This document shows positions 49,240 to 58,814 of a stretch of DNA of 64,000 nucleotides, one piece after another. Positions within the stretch are counted from its first letter, which is position 1, and the number at the start of each line of letters is the position of its first letter. Under the pieces are notes generated by a model. The model had not been told where the DNA came from. It saw only the letters and a list, made by a program, of their open reading frames with translations, and searched no databases. Origin of the DNA: a virus (taxonomy: Duplodnaviria; Caudoviricetes). A program made the translations under genes and the position numbers. The stretch is taken from positions 26,206 to 90,205 of the IMG/VR virus record IMGVR_UViG_3300045595_000041; one strand, given 5' to 3'.

Positions 49240-50575
49240 AGTTAAACTATGTCATAAAATGTGATACAATCAACTTATATATAGAAGATTGGAGGTATAC
49301 GATGGATGACAAAGCACGTCTATCTAAGAACAGTCGTATAGCTCAATCGGGAAAAGAAACTCGGAATCGCAGAAAACATCAGGAATGCAAAGTATTCTCG
49401 CTTAAGATACAAAACAACAAACTGAGTTCACTTCAAAAAGAACAACTTAAGATGTGCTTTGTTGAAGCAAAATGGCTAAGGAATGATGTTCTGTCCAATG
49501 GTGTGCAGGGCTATGTGATAAAACGTGATGTTGAAGTCAAGACACCTACTGGTATGGTCACAAGAGCATTCTCATATCTTAGTGCTCGGGTCAAGCAGTC
49601 TGTTGTCGAAGAAGTGAAGCAGAATCTTAAAACTCTGTCATCATTGAAGAAGAAAGGGCATCATGTAGGAAAACTCAAGTTTGTTTCAGAAGTCACATCA
49701 ATCAATCTTGCACAATATGGTTTCACCTATAAGGTCAAAGGTCGTAGAATTCATGTTCAGAAAATTAGTGGCTGGATGCGTGTCAATGGTGTGGAGCAGC
49801 TTCATGGATATGAACTTGCCAATGCCAAATTGCTGAACCGTCCCGATGGCTGTTATCTTAATGTGACATGCTTTAGAGACAAGCAAAAAGAAGACTTCTT
49901 GGAAGGCACTGCAATTGGTATTGATATGGGTGTAAAGACTCATATCACTCTATCTGATGGAACGAAGATCAAAGCCACAGTCGGAGAAACTGAGCACTTG
50001 AGACGCTTGCATAAGAAGCTGTCGCGTCAGACAAAAGGCTCTAACGGCTATGTCAAGACTCGAACTCTCATCAAAATAGAATACCAGAAGCTCACCAACA
50101 AGAAGAACGACATGTCCAATCATATCGTCAATTGTCTTCTACGATACAATCATGTATGCATGCAGGACGAAAACGTAAAAACATGGAGAAGTCTAAAGTC
50201 TCTATCTCATGGTTCAAGAACCATCCAGCATTCTATTCTTGGTCGGGTGAAGAGCAAGTTGGTCGCTAACCCAAGAACAATTGTTCTTGATAGATTCGAA
50301 CCTACGACAAGGCTGTGCGAGTGTGGCATGAAGAACACTGTGTCGCTATCAGACAGAACCTATCATTGTGACAGATGTGGATATGCTAATGATAGAGATG
50401 TTCATGCTGCACAGAACATGATTCGAATTAGCGAATCACATAATCTGTTGATACCTATGGAACATAGGAATTTTAAGCCAGTGGAGAGTCTATTAGACGT
50501 GTTGACGAAGTATGCCAATACGCAGGACTCTATGAAACTGGAAGCTTCTGAGTCTTTAGACTAGTGGTAGTTCAT
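49240..50575 (+). mobile_element. Non-autonomous IS200/IS605- or IS607-type element (tnpB only)
   Basis: Right-end-like GAAGC...TTTAG...TGGTAGTTCAT at 50541-50575; hairpin CATAGTT-A-AACTATG at 49237-49251; no tnpA seen; left boundary approximate. Confidence 0.7.
49302..50564 (+). CDS. tnpB: TnpB RNA-guided endonuclease
   Basis: RuvC-I GIDMGVK, RuvC-II MQDE, TTRLCECG...YHCDRCG Zn ribbon, RuvC-III DRDVHAAQN. Confidence 0.92.
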   Translation: MDDKARLSKNSRIAQSGKETRNRRKHQECKVFSLKIQNNKLSSLQKEQLKMCFVEAKWLRNDVLSNGVQGYVIKRDVEVKTPTGMVTRAFSYLSARVKQSVVEEVKQNLKTLSSLKKKGHHVGKLKFVSEVTSINLAQYGFTYKVKGRRIHVQKISGWMRVNGVEQLHGYELANAKLLNRPDGCYLNVTCFRDKQKEDFLEGTAIGIDMGVKTHITLSDGTKIKATVGETEHLRRLHKKLSRQTKGSNGYVKTRTLIKIEYQKLTNKKNDMSNHIVNCLLRYNHVCMQDENVKTWRSLKSLSHGSRTIQHSILGRVKSKLVANPRTIVLDRFEPTTRLCECGMKNTVSLSDRTYHCDRCGYANDRDVHAAQNMIRISESHNLLIPMEHRNFKPVESLLDVLTKYANTQDSMKLEASESLD

Positions 50576-50603
50576 ACAAGCTTCAATTACTGAGATTGAT
50601 CTG

Positions 50604-51650
50604 GTGAAAATGGGACATTTTGTAAAAGTGTTGGATTCTGAAGCAATTGACACTTCAGATATGAACAATAGCGAACTAGATGCTTTTCATAAAGCTAAAG
50701 CTTACAAGCATCTTGCATTCTCAAGGCCAATACAGTTCAAGCCTGATGCTAATGGCTCAATTGAAGAGCAAGCTATGGCAGCTGAAGAAGCAGCTGATCC
50801 GATAAATGCTAGAGTTGAGAACAGAGCTCAGTTCGTAGAAGGCTTGAATGTCTATCTGTCTCCTCAAGCAGTAGCTAAGATATTCGACGACTTCGACATC
50901 AATGGCATTCACAGACATCTTGAGAAGCAAAATCAGGGTGCATACTCTAAAGAGTACCATATGCATTGCGATCCAGCTAAAGTCAACGATGACTTTGCTG
51001 TCATGATATGCCATTCTGAACTGAATGAGCCTGACGAGTTCGGCATAAGCTACAAGCACATGATAGTCGACTGGTATTCAGTCTACAAGTCAAGCCAGTT
51101 CGAATCTGGTCAGATAGAGTACAGACACATATTGAATGACATAAAGCAGCTGATAGCTCTGTTCAGGCTTAAGACGATATCATTCGATCAGTTCAATTCA
51201 GTAATGCCGATACAGGATCTCATGGCATACTGCCATGAGAACAACATAGCTTGCAAAGTGTTTGAAGAGACATTCACTGGAAGCAAGAACACTAAGATGT
51301 ACGAGATATTGAAGATGTGCATAAACGAGCATTGGGTTCATTCGTACTTCGATGACATGAACACTTGGGAGACAGCTAGGTGCATGCTTCAAGCAGAACT
51401 GGAAGCTTTGCAGATAGTGAATGGCAAAGTAGTCAAGCCAAGAATAGGGAATCTTGGGCACTCAGATCTTGTCGACTGCTTGATGGTGCTAGCATACAGA
51501 CTTCTTTCAGACCAGACTAATGCTAGAGCAGACAGATATCTGAACAATGTCGTGTCTAGTCCATCTGATTCGTTAAATTCAGCAGTATCTGACATAGATG
51601 CATATGCTAAGCCGTCTAAGTTCAAGTCTCCATATTCTGGAATGTTTTGA
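50604..51650 (+). CDS. terL: Terminase large subunit, RNase H-like nuclease half
   Basis: RVENRAQF, MHCDPAKVNDDFA, ISFDQFNS, ELEALQ...KVVKP...HSDLVDC; complements the 32260 ORF. Confidence 0.8.
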   Translation: MKMGHFVKVLDSEAIDTSDMNNSELDAFHKAKAYKHLAFSRPIQFKPDANGSIEEQAMAAEEAADPINARVENRAQFVEGLNVYLSPQAVAKIFDDFDINGIHRHLEKQNQGAYSKEYHMHCDPAKVNDDFAVMICHSELNEPDEFGISYKHMIVDWYSVYKSSQFESGQIEYRHILNDIKQLIALFRLKTISFDQFNSVMPIQDLMAYCHENNIACKVFEETFTGSKNTKMYEILKMCINEHWVHSYFDDMNTWETARCMLQAELEALQIVNGKVVKPRIGNLGHSDLVDCLMVLAYRLLSDQTNARADRYLNNVVSSPSDSLNSAVSDIDAYAKPSKFKSPYSGMF

Positions 51651-51684
51651 TTCCATCCATTGCACTGGCTGTATCACCAGAATA

Positions 51685-51770
51685 ACGACGTTTATCTCTA
51701 TGAACTTAGAGTATCAAGTATATATAATTATATATGCTTAAGATTCTAGGTTAACACGTATAAACGTCGT
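51685..51770 (+). repeat. 86-bp imperfect palindrome, copy 8
   Basis: ACGACGTTTATCTCTATGAACTTAG...TATATAATTATATA...GTTAACACGTATAAACGTCGT. Confidence 0.95.
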
Positions 51771-51853
51771 CAATAGTATTAGTAGCATGCTTTCTGCAAG
51801 CGTTTTGATATAATTATCAATATAAGCAACATTACTATGAAACGAGCAGGCGT

Positions 51854-52312
51854 ATGGTATCAAGACGACAGCAAGACAGAGCTCTAGAAAGAGCTAGAGC
51901 TGCAGAGCAGCCTGTAGAAGATGAAGTCGAAGTGCATGATGAAGCTGATGAAGTTGCTATCATAGAAGCTGCTAGACAAGGTGAGAAGAAGCAAGTCATA
52001 TCTATTCTAAAGCACACTGTAGAGATGAAAGTGCTTAATGCTAGAGAAGAGATGGAAGCTTTCACTCTCGTATCTCAGTATGAGAACTCTCTAGCATATC
52101 CGCTTGCATACAATACAGCTATATTCGCTATGTCTGTCATTCGAATAGATGGAGAGCTGTTCATACCGTCTATATCTAAAAGAGATGACACGCCAGAAGC
52201 TAGATACGAGAAAGCTAAAGACTACTACTCTAAATTCATAGAGAAGTACTGCTTAGCTTACAGAGACATGAAGAACGAATCAGACAAAGAGCTTGAAGAA
52301 CTGGGAAAATGA
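51854..52312 (+). CDS. Tail assembly chaperone
   Basis: Two ORFs upstream of the tape measure gene; ends in slippery G GGA AAA TGA. Confidence 0.7.
   Translation: MVSRRQQDRALERARAAEQPVEDEVEVHDEADEVAIIEAARQGEKKQVISILKHTVEMKVLNAREEMEAFTLVSQYENSLAYPLAYNTAIFAMSVIRIDGELFIPSISKRDDTPEARYEKAKDYYSKFIEKYCLAYRDMKNESDKELEELGK
52303..52309 (+). other. Programmed -1 frameshift site GGGAAAA
   Basis: X XXY YYZ heptamer just before the stop; next ORF is in the -1 frame. Confidence 0.75.
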
Positions 52313-52620
52313 TTCGGCAGGGACTGTCTGATGAGACAGCATCTCGCTTGAGATGGCTTGACAGAAGCAATTCTCTGCCTGAATCTAGACTCAATGTCCA
52401 TATTAAGCAGTATCTTGATGAGATCGATGCTAAGAACGACAAAAAGTTCTATGTCGACATTGCTAAGATGCTGACAGCATTCATCAATCCGAAGATGCAC
52501 GAAGCAGCATTCTCAGCTGAAGACGACTCTGTCAACCAAAGGCATTCTATCAATGGAGAGGTAGACATGAGCAAGATATCGGAATTCCTGTCTGCTCACA
52601 ATCTTGGTGGTAAGATATGA
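52309..52620 (+). CDS. Tail assembly chaperone, frameshift extension
   Basis: -1 frame relative to 51854 ORF; overlaps the tape measure start. Confidence 0.65.
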   Translation: MIRQGLSDETASRLRWLDRSNSLPESRLNVHIKQYLDEIDAKNDKKFYVDIAKMLTAFINPKMHEAAFSAEDDSVNQRHSINGEVDMSKISEFLSAHNLGGKI

Positions 52621-54626
52621 CAGACAATTCTACAGCTTTCTCTTTCGACGAAGACGAAGACAGCAGATCAATAGGCGATCTGATAGATCTGATAAAGAGC
52701 AGATATGCAGAAGAAGACGAGAAGCGGGAGAAAGAGCGTGCTGCTAATGCCGAATCTCGTTCTAGCGATGAGCCGAGCGATTACGAAAGCAACATAGCAG
52801 CTATAGCTAAAGCTGTCAAAGAGAGCAATGAAAGACAGAAAGTCGACAGTGCTAAGCATGACAATGACAGAGTCAAGCGGCAGCAGAATGAAGAGAAGAA
52901 AGCTGCAGCAAGTCGCATATCTAATGCTAGCGACGACAGGAAGATAGCTCAATTCAGCAAAGTGAATGCTGACGAAATACGAAAAGCATTCGCTACTCTC
53001 AACATGAATCAAGTCGTTAAGAATCTTGACATGTACACTTCGTCAATCAACAAGTACATTGACGGAATGCATACTGTAATGTCTATGGGCACTTCTTTCT
53101 ATGACAGCTTGCATTCAAGACTTGCGACTAAAGCAGCTTCTGAAAACATAGACCAGACTGCTATGCGAGCTAAAGCTTCTGAGATATCTTCTGACATGAA
53201 GACAGTCATAGACTCCAAGCAAGCTTTGGGCGAAAATGCTGTATCATCTATTCCGCAGACTGGCTCATCAGCTGGTGCTAACTCTGATGAAGCTATGAAG
53301 TCTGTCAGCACTGCGATCTCAAAAGCTTTGCAAGCTGGCAAGTCTGTCACTAAGACGCCTGGCATAGTATCTGAAGCAACTGACACTATTGCTAAGCCAG
53401 CATCAGAAGCATTAGATTCTGCAGCTACTTCTAAGATAGGTACTGCAGCTTCAGGCGCTTTAGCTGATGGCGCTGAGACAGCTGCAACAGGAGCAATAGG
53501 CTCTGGCATAGCAGGTGCAGCTGGAGATGCTGCAGCTGGTGCAGCTGGAGATGCTGGTGCTGCTGGTGGATTGATGTCGCTTGCTGGAAGTCTTCTTACT
53601 AAAGTCAATCCCGTTCTTGCAGGTGTTACAGCAGTTGGTGCTCTTGCTAAAGCTGGCATGGAAGGCTATAGAGATGCACAAAGACAAGGCAATGTCTATG
53701 GCTTAGGTGCAGGTGAAGGTGCCAAGATGATGGCATCTGGCGGATGGCAAGATGCTCAGAAGTTCCTTGGTCTTACAGATGTGTCTGGCAAAGACTTGGC
53801 GAACTTCAGAACAAGCGCTTCAAATGCTGGCTTGTCATATGGGTCAGAAGCTTTCAATGCTTCCATTGAATTGAAGAAGAGCATAAAAGACTCTGGGCTT
53901 CCTGATTCAATGATGTCTATGGCTGATCAGATGCTTAAGACTGGCGCTTCAACAGATGCTGTCAAGTCTTCAATGGATGCTTTGAAAGATACAGCTAAGA
54001 CGACTGGCCAAAGCCTAGATGACATAACTAAGTCTGCTGCTGGAATAGGCAATAAGATAAATCAGGGAACTGGCGGCAGTGATGGTGAGGAGATGGCTGC
54101 AGATGTGCAAGCGAATCTTGAGAAAACTGTCAAAGACACTACTGGCGCTACCATAGGCGTAAAAGACGCTCAGGCGCTAGTAAGCAACAAGGCATTCTTG
54201 CAGGGTCTTGGCTCTCTTGGCGGAGATGCTCTTGCAGCTTCTCAAAGCTCTGTCACGGCTACAAGATACCTGAATGACCATCCAGAAGACGCTTCAAGAG
54301 CTATGCAAAATATGTTGAGATTCAATACTCTTCCTGGAACAAGCACTAGCGAACAGTATATGAACGAGAACAATCTGGACAGAGCTGGCCTTGGCGCTGT
54401 CATAGGCTCTGTAGACAGAGCTAGAAAAGTAGCAGTAGGAGAATCTGATTACGGCGGATCTAAGAGCTCATCTAGAAAGTCAAGAAGCAATAGCGATGCT
54501 AAGTCTTCATCAGACATCAACATAAAGATAAGCGCAGATGATGGTCTGTATGCTAAGATGGCTAAGAAAGACGAGACGCTGCAGAGAATCTATTCTGGCT
54601 CTGACTCTATGAGAATAGGCAAGTAG
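52617..54626 (+). CDS. Tape measure protein
   Basis: Ala/Gly/Ser-rich, helical, hydrophobic segment near residues 315-345; follows the chaperone pair. Confidence 0.7.
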   Translation: MTDNSTAFSFDEDEDSRSIGDLIDLIKSRYAEEDEKREKERAANAESRSSDEPSDYESNIAAIAKAVKESNERQKVDSAKHDNDRVKRQQNEEKKAAASRISNASDDRKIAQFSKVNADEIRKAFATLNMNQVVKNLDMYTSSINKYIDGMHTVMSMGTSFYDSLHSRLATKAASENIDQTAMRAKASEISSDMKTVIDSKQALGENAVSSIPQTGSSAGANSDEAMKSVSTAISKALQAGKSVTKTPGIVSEATDTIAKPASEALDSAATSKIGTAASGALADGAETAATGAIGSGIAGAAGDAAAGAAGDAGAAGGLMSLAGSLLTKVNPVLAGVTAVGALAKAGMEGYRDAQRQGNVYGLGAGEGAKMMASGGWQDAQKFLGLTDVSGKDLANFRTSASNAGLSYGSEAFNASIELKKSIKDSGLPDSMMSMADQMLKTGASTDAVKSSMDALKDTAKTTGQSLDDITKSAAGIGNKINQGTGGSDGEEMAADVQANLEKTVKDTTGATIGVKDAQALVSNKAFLQGLGSLGGDALAASQSSVTATRYLNDHPEDASRAMQNMLRFNTLPGTSTSEQYMNENNLDRAGLGAVIGSVDRARKVAVGESDYGGSKSSSRKSRSNSDAKSSSDINIKISADDGLYAKMAKKDETLQRIYSGSDSMRIGK

Positions 54627-54628
54627 TC

Positions 54629-55516
54629 ATGGTCATATCTATCACATCAGGCACAGCTGCATATTCATTTGCGACTAACCCTACAGACTGGTCTTACACT
54701 GTCAAGCCTAAGTACACTATATCAGACACATTGCAAGGCAGAGTCATACAGCTTCTTGGCAAGACAGAGTCTGGAGCTTTCAGTGGCGATCTATGTGCAA
54801 GACCAGCATCTCCATCTGATCTTGACTCCATAGCGTATGTATTCGCTTCGTTCTACAAGTCTGTACTTCAGAACCAGCAGAACAACATACCTACAAGGCT
54901 TCAGTTCCCAGACAAGGGCATAGATGTCATATGCGCTTTGGGAGACTATGCTTACTCTAAGAGCCTTGACACGAAGTCTGTCCCATATGCTATATCATTC
55001 GATGTCGTCAGAAATTCGTCTCCAATGACAAAAAGCGACATGTCCTCTCTGTTCAATGCTATCAGACAAGACATAGGCTTCACATCTGGAGACGAGGGGT
55101 GGCATGGAGGGGCTGGAGACTACACTCTGCAGCCGATCACTGGACTTACGCCAAATGGAGTAGAAGTCAAGGGTCAGACAGTAGGCACATCTGCAGATCT
55201 AGCTTCTAATTCTCCTGTCGATTGCCAGAAGTATGCTCATCAAAGAGTGCTTGACATGGGTTGGACAGAAGCTGACTTCGCTGCTCTTGTCAAGCTATGG
55301 AATCGTGAGTCAGGCTGGAACTACAAAGCTACGAATCAATCTTCTGGCGCATACGGTATCGTGCAGTCTCTGCCACCTGAGAAGATGGCATCTGCTGGTG
55401 CTGACTGGAAGACTAATCCGAAGACTCAGATAGAGTGGGGACTTAAGTACATAAAGGACAGGTATGGAAGTCCGTCGCAAAGCTGGCAACACGAGTTGTC
55501 CGTCGGATGGTATTAA
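54629..55516 (+). CDS. Tail/baseplate protein with C-terminal lytic transglycosylase domain
   Basis: DTLQGRVIQLLG N-terminus; LWNRESGWN...SSGAYGIVQSLP.EKMASAGADWKTNPKTQIEWGLKYIKDRYGSP. Confidence 0.85.
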   Translation: MVISITSGTAAYSFATNPTDWSYTVKPKYTISDTLQGRVIQLLGKTESGAFSGDLCARPASPSDLDSIAYVFASFYKSVLQNQQNNIPTRLQFPDKGIDVICALGDYAYSKSLDTKSVPYAISFDVVRNSSPMTKSDMSSLFNAIRQDIGFTSGDEGWHGGAGDYTLQPITGLTPNGVEVKGQTVGTSADLASNSPVDCQKYAHQRVLDMGWTEADFAALVKLWNRESGWNYKATNQSSGAYGIVQSLPPEKMASAGADWKTNPKTQIEWGLKYIKDRYGSPSQSWQHELSVGWY

Positions 55517-55548
55517 ATGATAATGATTGTCAACAAAGGTAACATATC

Positions 55549-56256
55549 ATGTCTATGACGCTGTATTCTTCTGACACTATGGTAGAAGTGCTTCCAATAC
55601 GAATGTCTTGGACTATGCAATCTGATGCTAGCACTTCTGTAGCTCAAAGAAATGCTTGGTTCCAGGCTAAGCATCCACGACAAGACAGCTTGACAGTCAC
55701 GTTCAGAAATGGTCCGCAAGAAGTGCAAGAGCAGACAGCTATGTGCTTCCAAAGATGGCAGAGAGGAAATACGATACTGACTCTGTCTTGGCCTGAGCAG
55801 CATATGAACTACAAAGTCACAATAGCTAGCTTCTCATGGCAAGAGACAGCTGGAGCGCCGACTAAAGACTTGACTGCATCATTCTTGCTTCTGACTAACA
55901 TGTTCCAGACATCTATGACAGACATGATAGTATCGACAGACGTCATAAAGATAGTAGAGTCAATGCTTGAGAATGAAAGCATAGACGACAAGCTTGGAGA
56001 CATAGCTAAAGACAACAACAAGAACCTGTATGACAAGTGGTCTAAAGAGAACAAGCAGATAGCTGGCATGACGATAGCATATCTTGGCGATGGCAATGTC
56101 AGAATATCATGCACTAAGCCGATAGACTACACTAAGCCATTGAGCAGCAGCATGCAGTCAGCATCGTTCACAGTGCCATTCAGTCAGGATCTAGCTGAGA
56201 CATTAGCTAGCAACAGTGATGTGTACTCGTATCTTCAGCATCTGTCTGGCAAGTAG
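55549..56256 (+). CDS. Probable tail/baseplate protein
   Basis: Position in tail operon; beta-rich N-terminus. Confidence 0.5.
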   Translation: MSMTLYSSDTMVEVLPIRMSWTMQSDASTSVAQRNAWFQAKHPRQDSLTVTFRNGPQEVQEQTAMCFQRWQRGNTILTLSWPEQHMNYKVTIASFSWQETAGAPTKDLTASFLLLTNMFQTSMTDMIVSTDVIKIVESMLENESIDDKLGDIAKDNNKNLYDKWSKENKQIAGMTIAYLGDGNVRISCTKPIDYTKPLSSSMQSASFTVPFSQDLAETLASNSDVYSYLQHLSGK

Positions 56257-56277
56257 AAATAGATTGGGAAGGCAAGA

Positions 56278-58779
56278 ATGAGCAATCAAGTCACAGAGGC
56301 TTTCTACTCTGGAGTGGAAGTCATGGTGCGTCTTGCAAACAGCTCCATAATAGACGTGTCTGATGATGTTGAGTCTGTCACTGTATCAAGACGCAAGTCT
56401 GCAATATCGACAGCATCAGTCACTCTGAACAATGCAGGATCGTATTCTCAGGGCAAGTACAGCGCTGGTAAATGGAAGCTGCACCCTGGCGATGCTGTGC
56501 ACATAAGCTTCCTCAAGAACGACAGGACTATAGAAGCTTTCACTGGCAAGATATCCAAATGCCCAGCTTTCGGATTCTATAACATAAGCTACTCATTCGA
56601 TTGCGAAGACGCTATAGGCGACTTGCACTACATCTACTGGGATCCGTATTCGACTAAAGCTATAGAGAAGTACTGGAACGGCACAATGTCTGTACTTAGC
56701 AACGACAGCAAGTCAAGCAATGACGCTGAATCAGGGTCTCAGCTAGTGCAGTTCTTGCAGGACGTATGCGGCTTTCCGTCTAGCATGATAAAGATAGCTA
56801 AGTTCCCTAATCAGAATAAGTTCGTAGATGACATAATCGGATCGATAACTGATGGCAAAGCTCAGTCTGATGACATGGCTCTGTCTATATTCCAGCAGCT
56901 GTTCGGTCCAACAAACATGTCTGATGCTTCTTCTAGCAAAAATGGATCTGCTGCAGCTGGAGACGTAGATTCTTATCAAGGCGTCATCAAGAAAATGCTG
57001 AATCTTGATGCTAAATCTAACATGAATGATGTGGGCAAAGAAGTTGGATTCGTCAATGCAAACAGCAATACCACTTATGACTGGACGCATATGGATGGAG
57101 AAGGTCATACTGGCAAGTATGGTCTGACTCAAGAGCAGATGAAGAAATGGGCTAAGATCGACAAAGCAGCTAAAGACTGCTCAGCATCTGCTCAGGACAA
57201 AGCTATGAAAGCTATATGCTTAGACATATCAAAGGGCACAGGAAGTGAAGATGCTGCTTGCATCATATTCTACTACTTCACTGGTCTCAATATCAAAGAC
57301 AAAAAAGGCAAAGCTGATCTGAAGCTTCCAAGCAATGCCTATCTTAAGATTGGCAATACTACTTACAAGACTCTTGACAAGTGGAAAGCTTTCATAGACA
57401 AGCAGATTGGTAAGACTAGTAGCTCTTCTTCATCTGGCTCGTCTAGTTCACATACATCAAATTCAGCTACTGGATCGACAGCTATGGATAGAAAGCTAGA
57501 TGCATTTCTGAAAAAGCATGCTGATGGTACTCCATCTCTTGATGTAGATGGAGCTTTCGGGCATCAGTGCTGGGATCTGTATCTGTCTTACGGCAAGGAA
57601 GTCTTGGGCTTCAGCATGGGCAGTCCAGAGATGATGCAAGATGCTGGCGGAAATGGTGCTTTCTACAATGCTATGCCGAAAGGGTCTAGCGGAAATGTGC
57701 TGAAGAAGATACCGCCAAGCGAAACATGCCAGAAGGGCGACATAGTACTGTGGAGAAGCTCTCCTGGAGATGGAGGATATGGGCATGTCGCTATAGTGCT
57801 TTCAGACAAGGGATCAGGCGTGGACTGCTTGTCGCAGGGAGGGTCAATACCAACTGTCTTCAGAATGACGATGCCAAAGAACTCTGGTGGCTATTCGCTT
57901 GCAGGGTATCTTAGACCTACTGGAGTGACTGGGTCTTCTGACGACTCTGGCTCATCAGATGGCAGCTCGTCTGACTCTGCTACTGCTACTGCTGAAGACC
58001 TAGCATACAAGCTGTTCAAGTATGTCACTTATGTAGGGCAGACACCAAGCTATGAGTCTGAAGCTCTTACTGGCCCATTAGCTCTGTACAATGACAAGCC
58101 TGCGCTTGAATTCGTGCAATCACTTTGCAAAGGGTCTATGAGAGAGTTCATGACTTTGCCAGATGGATCGTTTGCAGCATTCGTACCTGACTACTTCGGC
58201 AAGCTTCATGCATCTGGCATTCTTAACAACGAGATATCGATACCTCAGTACGAGATAGTAGACTACTCTGCAGACTTCAACAAGTCCATGTACACTTCTC
58301 ATGTCTACTTGCTTACTAGAGAGCATATGGACACTCAGTACGGAGTCACTATCGGAACATTCGATGAAGTGCAAAGACTTCTGCAATCAAATGGCACTAT
58401 ATCGTTGGAGAAGCAGGGAGACAGTCTTCTCAAGCTTGTAGACATATCGATAACAGGATGCAAGACAGCATCTCAGCTATTGCAAAGATTCGGAGTATCA
58501 GTATACGATACTACTGACAACTACATAATAGACTCAACTATGACAGCTGTCAAAGCTTTGCTGATCTTCATGGAGAGATGGGCAGCTTGCTTCTCGAATA
58601 CTTTGAAGATAACATTCAGGCCAGAGATACTGCCAGGTATAAGACTTAGACTAGAAGGAGCAGGAGTGACTGTATTCGTGGAGTCTGTCACTCATTCTTG
58701 GTCCGCTACTAATGGCGGAGCTACAAATGTGCAGATATCGTCTCCAGTTGAGACGAATACTGGAAAAGTTGGATTGTAA
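56278..58779 (+). CDS. Baseplate hub-like protein with internal CHAP peptidoglycan hydrolase
   Basis: Hub-type N- and C-termini (IDVSDDV..V.V.R, FRPEILPG.R...VESVTHSW); DVDGAFGHQCWDL...GYGHVAIV...LSQ...GYLRP CHAP domain. Confidence 0.8.
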   Translation: MSNQVTEAFYSGVEVMVRLANSSIIDVSDDVESVTVSRRKSAISTASVTLNNAGSYSQGKYSAGKWKLHPGDAVHISFLKNDRTIEAFTGKISKCPAFGFYNISYSFDCEDAIGDLHYIYWDPYSTKAIEKYWNGTMSVLSNDSKSSNDAESGSQLVQFLQDVCGFPSSMIKIAKFPNQNKFVDDIIGSITDGKAQSDDMALSIFQQLFGPTNMSDASSSKNGSAAAGDVDSYQGVIKKMLNLDAKSNMNDVGKEVGFVNANSNTTYDWTHMDGEGHTGKYGLTQEQMKKWAKIDKAAKDCSASAQDKAMKAICLDISKGTGSEDAACIIFYYFTGLNIKDKKGKADLKLPSNAYLKIGNTTYKTLDKWKAFIDKQIGKTSSSSSSGSSSSHTSNSATGSTAMDRKLDAFLKKHADGTPSLDVDGAFGHQCWDLYLSYGKEVLGFSMGSPEMMQDAGGNGAFYNAMPKGSSGNVLKKIPPSETCQKGDIVLWRSSPGDGGYGHVAIVLSDKGSGVDCLSQGGSIPTVFRMTMPKNSGGYSLAGYLRPTGVTGSSDDSGSSDGSSSDSATATAEDLAYKLFKYVTYVGQTPSYESEALTGPLALYNDKPALEFVQSLCKGSMREFMTLPDGSFAAFVPDYFGKLHASGILNNEISIPQYEIVDYSADFNKSMYTSHVYLLTREHMDTQYGVTIGTFDEVQRLLQSNGTISLEKQGDSLLKLVDISITGCKTASQLLQRFGVSVYDTTDNYIIDSTMTAVKALLIFMERWAACFSNTLKITFRPEILPGIRLRLEGAGVTVFVESVTHSWSATNGGATNVQISSPVETNTGKVGL

Positions 58780-58814
58780 TATCCTTCATTGGATATCACT
58801 GTATCATCATGTTA

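Noticed and set aside
49060-50575. tnpB element as an IStron (group I intron-IS chimera)
   Set aside because: No recognisable group I core upstream of tnpB and no interrupted reading frame across the element.
33700-50700. Split-intein trans-splicing of the two terminase halves
   Set aside because: No Cys/Ser-initiated IntN at the end of the ATPase ORF and no HN-[CST] near the start of the nuclease ORF.
53099-53659. Long minus-strand ORFs (53099-53659, 35329-35892, 62809-63297 and similar)
   Set aside because: Antisense shadows of well-supported + strand genes, with no promoter, RBS or motifs.
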